Positions 27,245 to 38,819 of a stretch of 64,000 nt of DNA are shown one piece after another. The DNA comes from Mobula hypostoma (taxonomy: Eukaryota). The stretch lies in contig NC_086100.1 in NCBI RefSeq assembly GCF_963921235.1, positions 149,296,001 to 149,360,000 on the forward strand. The letters run 5' to 3'. The first letter of the stretch is position 1. The number at the start of each line of letters is the position of its first letter. Below the pieces are notes generated by a model. It did not search any database. It had not been told where the DNA came from and saw only the letters and a program-made list of their open reading frames with translations. The translations under genes were made by a program, and so were the position numbers.

Positions 27245-27735
27245 CTACATTTTGCAATAGAAGGGATAAATATTATTAAGAATACCCATTTCAAAGTGTA
27301 TGGCAACCTCCGTTACACAATGAGTTTGCAAGTTTACTTTCAAAACTTAGTTTTTCATAATTTCTTGTGAAAAACACTGTTTGCATGATGTAAAGGTCAA
27401 GGGAGGTTCCAAGTTAAGTGATTTAGTCATTGTAAATGAAACCAAAATTGTTATCACCCCAGTTAATTTGAATAGTTAAAAGGGGTTATAAAAGCAGCAA
27501 AGGCAGCAACCTGAGACAGGTCATCTCCCCAGCTGTATGACAGAGGATAGACAAGGTGAGTATATGGACGTAACAGTGGAAGAATAAGACCTGTGACAAA
27601 TGTTAAGGTTAAATTGGGATGTTGGGAGTTGCTGGGTGATGAGACTCAAGAGGCCATTTCCACACTCCATTTTCCTCTTCACAATGCATCTCCAAATAAA
27701 TAAATACAAGGCTGTAAATCATTTATTTCATGTAC

Positions 27736-27948
27736 CTGCTTCATTTGGACCAATTTTTCTTCGAACAATGTCAAATGCCATTTTCTTTCTTCTTCTGCTG
27801 CCTGTCTGCTTGCTCTTAGATCTTGCTGCATTTGGCTTCTCAGGGTCTCCATTGCAGATGAAGATACTTCAGTGAGGTTTGGTAGAGCTTCTGAAAAAAC
27901 CTCCTCAATCAATTTGTCCACAGTCTGTGATGAAGTACAGTGCAGGTT
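27736..27948 (-). CDS. EVC: EVC exon (human exon 12 equivalent)
   Basis: aagcag|...|gtacat, 213 nt. Encodes NLHCTSSQTVDKLIEEVFSEALPNLT...LFEEKLVQMKQ; tandem NAGNAG acceptor. Confidence 0.88.
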
Positions 27949-28439
27949 CTGCTTCGTATAATGTGGTAAAATTACTAAAGCTATTTCCACACTTGTGCAG
28001 TTGAAAGCAAAGAGCAAATAACATGTACCTTTTGCACAAACTTTGCAGATTGAAATCCATATCCTACCACCTCATGTAAATGTCTGCAGACTACAGAAAT
28101 GAAATTTTCTTTTCACTTAATGGAAACAATTTGGAGATTGACCCACTAAGAATTCAAATGCATTACACAGAAACATTTGACCTCATTAAATTCAAAACTC
28201 ACAGGCAGCTCATGTCTATATTTAAAATTTATGCTTATGATGAATGACACCTTCCATGCACAGAAAGAAATCATAAAATTATCCTGAGAAATATTAACAA
28301 AATGAGCAACAAAGGATGCAAGCATACTGTCCTGCCTCTCCAGAAAGCAATTAATGATAGAAAAGCTTACCCAGACTATTATTCATAGCATACAATGTGA
28401 ACTTAATTTAAACACCTTTACATAATGGAATTAATCCAA

Positions 28440-31400
28440 GCTATTGGGGAGAGTTTAAACTAAAATTGCTGGGAGGTGGGAACCGAACTGAAGTGACTGA
28501 GGAAAGGGAGGTTGGCTCACAAATAGAGAAAGCTTGGAAGCAGTACGATAGACAGGTGACAGAGAAGGGACACACTCAGACCAATGGTTTGAGACGTGTC
28601 TATTTTAACGTGAGGAGTATTATGAAAAAAGTGGATGAGCTTTGAGTGTGGATCAGCACTTGGAGCTATGATGTTGTAGCCATTACAGAGACTTGGATGG
28701 TGCAGGGGCAGGAATGGTTACTTCAAGTGCCAGGCTTTAGATGTTTCAGAAAGGACACGGAGGGAAGCAAAAGAGGTAGTGGTGTGGCACTGTTGATCAG
28801 AGATAGCGTCACGGCTGCAGAAAAGGTGGAAGTCATGGAGGGGTTGTCTACGGAGTCTCTGTGGGTGGAAGTTAGGAATAGGAAGAGGTCAATAACTCTA
28901 CGGGTGTTTTTTTTTTATATATAGACCACCCAATAGTAACAGGGACATCGAGGAGCAGATAAGGAAGACAGATTCTGGAAAGGAGTAATAATAGTAGAGT
29001 TGTTGTGGTGGGAGATTTTAATATCCCAAATATTGATTGGCGTCTCCCTAGAGTGAGGGGTTTAGATGGGGTGGAGTTTGTTAGGTGTGTTCAGGAAGGT
29101 TTTTTGACACAATACGTAGATAAGCCAACAAGAGGAGAGGCTGTACTTGATCTGGTATTGGGAAATGAACCTGGTCAGGTGTCAGTCCTCTCAGTGGGGG
29201 AACATTTTGGAGATAGTAATCACAATTCTATCTCCTTTACTATAGCAGTGGAGAGGGATAGGAACAGACAAGTTAGGGAAATATTTAATTGGAGTAAGGG
29301 GAAATATGAGGCTATCAGGCAGGAACTTGGAAGCATAAATTGGAAACAGATGTTGTCACGGAAACATATGGAAGAAATGTGGCAAATGTTCAGGGGATAT
29401 TTGTGTGGGGTTCTGCGTAGATACATTCCAATGAGACAGGGAAAATATGGTCGGGTACAGGGAAAGTATGGTTGGGTACAGGAACCGTGGTGCACAAAGG
29501 CTGTTGTAAATCTAGTCAAGAAGAAAAGAAGAGCTTTCGAAAGGTTCAAAAAACTAGATTATGATAGAGATCTAGAAGATTATAAGGCTAGCAGGAAGGA
29601 GCTTAAGAATGAAATTAGGAGAGCCAGAAGGGGCCATGAGAAGGCCTTGGCGGACAGGATTAAGGAAAACCCAAAGGCATTCTACAAGTATGTGAACAGC
29701 AAGTGGATAAGTCGTGAGAGAATAGGACCAATCAAGTGTGACAGTGGAAAAGTGTGTATGGAACCGGAGAAAATAGCGTAGGTACTTAATAAATACTTTG
29801 CTTCGGTATTCACTACGGAAAAGGATCTTGGCGATTGTAGGGTTGACTTGCAGCAGACTGAAAAGCTTGAGCATGTAGATATTAAGAAAGAGGATGTGTT
29901 GGAGCTTTTGGAAAGCATCAAGTTGGATAAGTCAACGGGACCAGACGGGATGTACCCCAGGCTACTGTGGGAAGTGAGGGAGGAGATTGCTGAGCCTCTG
30001 GTAATGACCTTTGCATCATCAATGAGGACGGGAGAGGTTCTGGAGGATTGGAGGGTTGCAGATGTTGTTCCCTTATTCAAGAAAGGGAGTAGGGATAGCC
30101 GAGGAAATTATAGACCAGTGAGTCTTAATTCAGTGATTGGTAATTTGATAGAGAAGATCCTGAGAGGCAGGATTTATGAACATTTGGAGAGGCATAATAT
30201 GATTAGGAATAGTCAGCATTGCTTTGTTAAAGGCAGGTCATGCCTTACGAGCCTAATTGAATTTTCTGAGGATGTGACTAAACACATTGATGAAGGTAGA
30301 GCAGTAGATGTCGTGTATATAGATTTTAGCAAGGCATTTGATAAGGTACCCCTTGAAAGGCTTATTGAGAAAGTAAGGAGGCATAGGACCCAGGGGACAA
30401 TGCTTTGTGGATCCAGAACTGGCTTGCCCACAGAAGGCAAAGAGTGGTTGTGGACGGGTCATATTCTGCATGGAGGCTGGTGACCAGTGGTGTGCCTCAG
30501 GGATCTGTTCTGGGACCCCTACTCTTTGTGATTTTTATAAATGACCTGGATGAGGAAGTGACGGGATGGGTTAGTAAATTTGCTGATGACACAAAGGTTG
30601 GGTGTGTTGTGGATAGTGTGGAGGGTGGTCAGAGGTTACAACGGGACATTGATAGGATGCAAAACTGGGCTGAGAAGTGACAGATGGAATTCAACCCAGA
30701 TAAGTGTGAGGTGGTTCATTTTGGTAGGTCAAATATGACGACGGAGTATAGTATTAATGGTAAGACTCTTGGCAGCATAGAGGATCAGAGAGATCTAGGG
30801 GTCCGAGTCCATAGGACACTCAAAGCTGCTACGCAGGTTGACACTCTGATTAAGGCAGCATACAGTGCATTGGCCTTCACCAATTGTGGGACTGAGTTTA
30901 AGAACTGAGAGGTAATGTTGCAGCTATAAAGGACCCTGGTCAGACCCCACTTGGAGTACCGTGTGCAGTTCTGGTCACCTCACTACAGGAAGGATGTGAA
31001 AACCATAGAAAGGGTGCAGAGGAGATTTACAAGGATGTTGCCTGGATTGGGGAGCATGTCGTATGAGAATAGATGGAGTGAACTCGGCCTTTTCTTCTTG
31101 GACTGACAGAGGATGAGAAGTGACCTGATAGAGGTGTACAATATAAAGAGAGGCATTGATCATGTGGATAGTCAGAGGCTTTTTTCCAGGGCTGAAATGG
31201 CTAGCATGAGAGGGCATAGTTTTAAGGTGCTTGGAAGTAGGTACAGAGGAGATGTCAGGGGTAAGTTTTCTATGCCGAGAGTGGTGAGTGTGTGGAATGG
31301 GCTGTCGGCTGCGGTGGTGGAGCAGAAATGATAGGGTCTTTTAAGAGACTCCTGGATGGATACATTGAGCTTAGAAAAATAGAGGGGTATGGGTAAGCCT

Positions 31401-31485
31401 AGGTAGTTCTAAGGTAAGGACATGTTCTGCACAGCTTTGTGGGCCAAAGGGCCTGTATTCTGCTGTAGGTTTTCTATGTTTCTAT
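28440..31485 (+). mobile_element. CR1 LINE, near-complete ORF2 (APE endonuclease plus RT) with stops and frameshifts
   Basis: [38 protein letters not shown] and KFADD motifs; tail tttctatgtttctat. Confidence 0.95.
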
Positions 31486-32496
31486 ATTTACATTTCAGCA
31501 ACAATTATAATAAACTCTTGAGACAGAAGAGACTGCAGGTTTTGGAATGCGAAGCAAAAATAAAAAGCCACTGTGAAGGATGTAAATGAGATAAGCAGTA
31601 CCTATGGAGGCCCTTAGTTCCAATCTATCCATTGACCAAATTGCCTAATTGAACTTGTCCCATTTGCCTGTGTTGGGCCCTTGTCCCTCTAAACCTTTTC
31701 TATCTACATGAGTGCCTTTTAAATGCTGCAGTTGTATCCACCTCCACTAGCTCCTCTGGAAGCTTATTCCATATACCTACCAGCCTCTGTATGGCAAAAA
31801 TTGCCAAAGTCCCTTCTAAATCTGTCCACTCCCTTTTAAAAATATATCCTCTAGTTTTGGACTCAAAGACTTTAGATATTCACCTTCCCTTTGCCCTTCA
31901 TAGTTAAACAAAATTCTATAATGTCAGTCCTCAGTCTCCTATGCTCTGTGGAAAAAATTGCAGCCTATTCCGCCTCTCCTGGTAATCCTATCCCACCAGT
32001 CCTGGCAATATCCTTGCAAATAGTTTTGCATCACTCTAATTCAATGACATCCTTCCTTCAGCAGGACAACCAAAACCATATCTGCATGATAGGTGTTAAC
32101 ATCATTGTCCTCTGCACAATGAGTTCTTGCCCTGCTGAGTATTTCCAGCACATTTGTTACTATTTTTTAAGACTATTAATTTGTAAGCATTTAATCAGCA
32201 TGATTTTAATGATGAAAACATCAGTAAATACTAAAAGAGCCATGGTTAAAAAGAGTATGTTGTGAAGAAACTAAAGGAGCCATGGATCATTCCAACTTCT
32301 CCCACTGATGAAAAATAAATTGCAAAATCTCTCACTCTTCAATCCAGAAATGTCTTTCTCCAAACTTAGATGCTTCACATACTTTTTTCACTACCAAAAC
32401 ATCCACCAACCAAACCCCTGAATATTTTAGCAAAATGTACTAAAAAGTAAAAAAATGAATTTGTTACAGGGGTGTAAGTGAATTCTCTAGACTCAC

Positions 32497-32595
32497 CTTC
32501 CACAGTTCAGTAACTGCCTTTGCGTCGTTATGATCTTCTTCATCCTCCATTTCACTGCGGAGCTGCCTGTTTCGTTCCTCAAGTTCATGATAACT
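32497..32595 (-). CDS. EVC: EVC exon (human exon 11 equivalent)
   Basis: gatag|...|gtgagt, 99 nt. Encodes SYHELEERNRQLRSEMEDEEDHNDAKAVTELWK. Confidence 0.9.
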
Positions 32596-34591
32596 CTATC
32601 AAGTTCACAGTTATAATATTATGTGCTGCAGGATCAGTAAACTGCTCCACTACATTTACTTCACTACCTGCTCAGTTCGAATTCAGTTATACCTCAATTG
32701 TACAAAAACCACGTGAAGAAATTAAACAAGTGGAATGGATATTATCAATTAAAAATTAGCATTGTTATTGCCTCAACGGAACTGTATACTATCTACTAGC
32801 TAAACACATATATGAGTATAAAGAATTGTCTTTTTATATCATGAAATGCTGTGTAGGAGTCATGTATCTATTTTCTGTCTGTCTGTGTTGTATTTTGTGT
32901 TGCCCATTTATTATGGGCAATTTTTCACGTGGGTTGGGCCACGCTAGAAGCTTTGTTCTAGTTAGTTTAGTTTAGTTAAGAGTGAGTCAGGTGGGCAATG
33001 ATACATTTTTTTTGTTGACTACTAATTATGCTCAATTATGCTAATTTGAATGCCAATTACACTAATTTCATTATATTGCTAAACTTAGTTTTATAATCGC
33101 TATAAGATCGTTCGCCTTTGCTCGTTTTGTAATAAAGGATCGAACATACTTTTTTTTCAACATGGAACTCAATGGAAGTGCGTCATACAGTGTGACCTCC
33201 CGTACTGAGTCTCTCAGCAGATTTGGTTTGCTACATGCTGCATGAAGGTAAGAACAACAGTCACCACCTCCAGCTTTCTACTTCGTTCTTTACTTTGAAT
33301 AAAAAAAAATTGGAGAATTAGATTTTGCAACCATATTCAGTCATATACCGCAGTTATTTGGATAGAATAATTAACACTGGTTATCATTATGCAGTTTACT
33401 CTTAGCCATCTGGTAACAATGGTGAATGGGGGTTGTCAGTTGCCAAAAAATATTCCCCAAAAATATTACTAATCATACACTCATAATCTATGTATTCATC
33501 TTTAAATAAATTGCCAAACTATATGCCAGCTCTTTATACTTCAAAACTACAATGCTTTATTTTAAGGCTAAACACTGTTAAAGTGCAACAAAATAATTTA
33601 AATGACTGCCTGCACTCACGATATCAAAACTTCCAAAGGTTTTGTGAATTATCAACCTACAAATGCATTGTTCATGTAAGCGTGTCTTAAAAATGTCTAT
33701 TCCTATTATTTTGCACAACTTTTGAAATAAAATTCTATTTGAACTCTTTAAGTTCAAGTTGGAGCTTAATTGTAACTCAACCAAACATGAATATAGCCAA
33801 ACGAAGCAGCGTTCCTCCGGTGCCAAGATGCAAAACACAGTACCAACAGTTATAAACAACACAAGGTTATAAGATAGCAAATAAGCATACAAAACAAAAA
33901 TAAAACTTTTTTTGAAATCTTATACTGTTTTTAGAAATCTTTGCTGTTTGAATGATAACTAAATGCAAAAGTTTTGGATAAACAAGATAGCAGTCATTTT
34001 TTAGACAGTGACAAACAATAAAAATCCAACTTTTAGCGTTGGTTGCTGTCTAAAAAAACAACTGCTCAGAAACTTCTTTTCTAAGTGTGGTCCCAGGCAC
34101 AGCAGGGCTCATCAGAACTCAGAGAGCAACTGCTAGTTCATATTTGCCCCCTTCCTTGTCTCCCTTTCCCAGAGAGTGGACTGTACCAGTGGGACCACCT
34201 TAGCACACTAGTGGATTTGAGAAGAGACTCGAGGTGGAATATAGGTTGAGCAAAAGGTTTTTGGCTTAGTTGTCGTGGGAACTCATCAGTTATTTCTCCT
34301 CTCCTAATTAGGCCCAGTCTCATCATTGGCTCAGGGTAGTTCACCTCAGAGCCAAGTCATCAGTCCTCAACTCCAGTACTGAGCCATTCACTTTGCAGTT
34401 TGCTAATGGGACAGTCCAACATAGGCAGTAAATATTAAGTTAATGCAAAACAGGTGGATTAGATCAGTGAATAAATGAAAAGTGAATTTGCTGAAGGTCA
34501 GTCCATTGGAAAGTTACTCCTTTTTGTACCTTCATGCTGCAGACAGAAAGTTCAATTGACATTCAAATGCTGCAAGTAGTTACAGTCTAAC

Positions 34592-34740
34592 CTTAATAAA
34601 GTCATCTGGAGCAAATGTTCTCCTAGCCTTGTCCATCAGATTCGCAGCATGCTCTCTTTGTGTCTCTTCAAGTCTTTTCAACAGGGTCCTCCGCCGTTTC
34701 TTCATTCCCAAAATGATGTCTTTTGTCTGCTTTGTAAATT
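34592..34740 (-). CDS. EVC: EVC exon (human exon 10 equivalent)
   Basis: tttag|...|gttaga, 149 nt. Encodes (E)FTKQTKDIILGMKKRRRTLLKRLEETQREHAANLMDKARRTFAPDDFIK. Confidence 0.88.
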
Positions 34741-35786
34741 CTAAAAGAAATATTTACATTACATGCAGGTGTAAATTAGGGACCTGCCTTTCTAGGATCA
34801 AGGATGGCTTGAAGCAGAATCCAAGTTATTTGCTTTGTAATTTCTGTACTATTCTCTGGAAGGAGATACGCAGAGGCCTCAGATAAATTGGCCTAAAAAG
34901 CCAAAAGCACCGTTCTTCGAATGAGGACATTTTGCTACAGCAAGAGATCAGGAAAATTGAGGAATAGTTTCTCGCTTTAACATTGAGTGCCAGCTTTGAA
35001 CGTGAGCATTTTAAAGGCAGCTTATACAGCAGACATAGCAATTTATATAACATAGTTATAGAGTCATAGAGGCAATCAGCATAAAATAGGCCCTTTGGAT
35101 GATCATCAAACACATATTTATACCACACAGATCAAGGACTATTAAAGGGATTAGTATACCCTACAGTCTTCTATTGATCAGTAATGCCAATACTCATGTA
35201 GATACTTAAATATGGTTGAGGGTACCTGCCTGCACCATTCATTCAGGCAGAGTGCTTCAGATTCAAACCATCTCTTTTTGAAAAAAATATTCCTTAGATC
35301 ACTTCTAAATATCTTACCCTTTATCCTAAACGTGTGCGTTCATGCTTTAGATATCCTTGCTATGATCTACTCCGTTTAAACCTCTCATAAATTTGAATTC
35401 TTTCTTCAGCCTCTTCTGCTGGAAAACCCAGCCTATCCACCCTCAGAACTGAGAGACTGCATCCAACTCAACATCCTGATGAATCTCTTTTGCACCTTTT
35501 CCAATGAAACCATGTCCTTCCCATAGTGTGGTGACCAGAAACAGACACAGTATTTAAGTTGTAGTCAAACCAATGTTTTGCAAAGTTGTCACATAACTTC
35601 CTTGTTCTTACACCTCATACCCTGACTAATAAAGACAAATATCCATAATACATTTTCATCACCTTATTTACCTGCACTCTAACCTTCGAAGATCCTTGAA
35701 CTTGTACACTAATGTACCCCGGTCCTCAGAATTCCTTGCCTTAATAAACTCCCCAGAATGCATTATCTTGCACATATCAGGACTGA

Positions 35787-37960
35787 ACATAGAGCACAGA
35801 ACATAGAAAACCTACAGCACAGTACAGGCTGTTCGGCCGACAAAGATGTGCCGAACATGTCCGTAGCTTAGAAATTACTAGGCTTACCTCTAGCCCTCTA
35901 TTTTACTAAGCTCCATGTACCTATCTAAATGTCCCTTAAAAGACCCGATCGTATCCGCCTCCACCACCATTGCCGACAGCCCATTCTACGTACTGTCACG
36001 TACCCCGTGACGGGAATAAAGAAACCAGCAGAAATAGAAACCACTTTGGAGTCTTGTATTGCTGTAAACTAATAATATTTATTAATAACTATGCAATACA
36101 GTAAACTAAGTGAAGATAAATCAAACAGGTTAGCAAGAATTATCAAACAGGTTAGCAAGAATTATACATGTAAGTAAGTAAATCAGTAAGTGTGGAGAAA
36201 TATGTATAAAAACCAAGCTTCTTTAAGTCTAGGGGTAAAAAGATACAGTCTTACGATGTTGAGTAAAGTTCAGTTCAGTTTGTGGAATTTATTTGAATGG
36301 CGGTGGAGAGAGAGAGAGAGAGAGACTGAGTTGAGTCTTCAGGTGAGCTGTTGCCGTCGATTTCCTCGTCGTCCTCCTCCGAAATCCTTCACAAGTCACC
36401 GACTGTGACTTTAACAACAAAGGGGACCATACTTTGGTGTGGTTGAGCTGTCTGCCCAGGCCAGGGTCGGACACATGGACAACTCCCCACCGGTCTTGCC
36501 TTTGAATTTTCACTGGCAGAGCACTTGGATCAATCTGCCTGATCGATCCTCCAAAAACCCACTTTCTCTGCGGGCACAACAATGCTCACTCAGTGTCCAG
36601 ATCATGTATCTGAGCTCTGTACCATCTGACCTATTTATCTCAGCAGGCTGAGCATCACCTGTCATTCAAAGAGTCCCTCCTTCCTTTGTCTGTAAAGGAA
36701 TGCGAGCAGGCAACAAGTCCTTGGAAGTAACATCAATAATGTCCTGTCGGTCACCATAGCAACCTTCGAGTTGCTCAGTTTTTATCTCCAAAGTAAAACT
36801 CCAAAGTTAACTCCCGTGACAGTCCACCATCAATCTTTGTCTCGCTCTCTCTTTTCCAAACAAATCATCAATGATAAATGACTCTCTCTGTCTCTCTTCA
36901 AACAGTTAATAGGGGCACTCCTGGATCCCCTCACAGTACTCACCACTTTCTGAGTAAAAAACTTATCCCTGACATCTCCTCTGTACCTACTCTCCAGCAC
37001 CTTAAACCTGTGTCCTCTTGTGGCAACCATTTCAGCCCTGGGAAAAAGCCTCTGACTATCTACACGATCAATGCCTCTCATCATCTTATACACCTCTATC
37101 AGGTCACCTCTCATCCTCCGTCGCTCCAAGAAGAAAAGGCCGAGTTCATTCAACCTATTCTCATAAGGCATGCTCCCCAATCCAGGCAACATCCTTGTAA
37201 ATCTCCTCTGCACCCTTTCTATGGTTTCCACATCCTTCCTGTAGTGAGGTGACCAGAACTGAGCATAGTACTCCAAGTGGAGCCTGACCAGGGTCTTTTA
37301 TAGCTGCAACATTATCTCTCGGCTCCTAAGCTCAATCCCACAATTGAATGTCCAATGCGCTGTATGCCGCCTTAATCACAGAGTCAACCTGCGTAGAAGC
37401 TTTGAGTGTCCTATGGACTTAAACCCCAAGATCCTGCTGATCCTCCACACTGCCAAGATTCTTACCATTAATACTATATTCTGTCATCATATTTGACCTA
37501 CCAAAATGAACTTATCTGGGTTGAACTCCATCTGCCACTTCTCAGCCTAGTTTTGCATCCTATCAATATCCCGTTATAACCTCTGACCACCCTCCACACT
37601 ATCCACAGCACACCCAACCTTTGTGTCATCAGCAAATTTACTAACCCATCCCGCCACTTCCTCATCCAGGCCATTTACAAAAATCACGAAGAGTAAGGGG
37701 TCCCAGAACAGATCCCTGAGGCACACCACTGGTCACCACCCTCCATACAGAATATGACCCGTCTACAACCACTCTTTGCCTTCTGTGGGCAAGCCAGTTC
37801 TGGATCCACAAAGCAATGTCCCCTTGGATCCTATGCATGTTTACTTTCTCAATAAGCCTTGCATGGGGTACCTTATCAAATGCCTTGCTGAAATCCATAT
37901 ACACTACATCTACTGCTCTTCCTTCATCAATGTGTTTAGTCACATCCTCAAAAAGTTCAA
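35787..37960 (-). mobile_element. CR1 LINE 3' part, same subfamily as 28440-31485, split by a solo LTR
   Basis: ORFs 36830..37276 and 37662..37988; tail at about 35790; embedded in older CR1 remnants (about 35050-35785 and 37960-38340). Confidence 0.9.
35994..36935. mobile_element. Solo LTR, 942 bp
   Basis: TGTCAC...CTCACA with 4-bp TSD GTAC (35990-35993 and 36936-36939). The CR1 sequence resumes exactly across it. Internal tandem duplication at about 36120-36165 and an (AG)n tract. Confidence 0.85.
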
Positions 37961-38819
37961 TCTGCCACTGCTCTGCCCATCCTACCAACTAAAATCATCC
38001 TGTGGCTTACAACTGTCCTCCTCAGTATCAACAAAGTTACTATATCCTTACCCTAGTGGTACATCAATGGCCATGCACATCCAGGCACAAAAACCACGCT
38101 CCACCATCACATTCTGTCTCCTTTTATGAAAGCAATTACAGATCTAATTTGTGAACTTCTCTTGGAGTTGTTGGGTTCCATACCTTTGGATCATTTTCCC
38201 AGGCAAGATCTTGTCAAGAGTTGTCACATCACTGCCTTGTTCTTATACTTCATGCCCTGACTAATAAGGTCTATGTAAACTACACCAACTGCACAACCCT
38301 CAATCAATTTGGTCAGGCAGAAGCTCACTAACCAAAATATGTTGACTAGTAGAGATAAATACTGTGCTTTTCCAAATATAAGTTAATCGTATCCTTTTGA
38401 GCAAAAGCAATTTGTCACCAGAGACTCTCACAAATTTCTACAGATGAACCATGGAGAGCCTTCTAACTGACTGCATCACTATCTGGTATGGAGAGGCCAC
38501 TGCACAGGATGAGAAAAAGCTGCAGAAAATTGCAAATTTAGCCAGCTCCATCATGGGCACTAGCCTCCACATTTTTGAGGACATCTTCAAAAAGCAATGC
38601 CTCAAAAAGGTAGCATCCACTATCACCCCGGACATGCCCTCTTCTCATTGTTACCATCAAGGAGGAGCTACAGGAGGTTGAAGACAGGCACTCAAGGTCT
38701 TAGGAACAGCTGCTTCCCCATCAGATTTCAGAATGGACTATGAACTCTTGTACACTGCCTCACTATTTTTTAACTCTCTTTTTGCAATACTTATTTAATT
38801 TAAATTGTAAATATATGTA

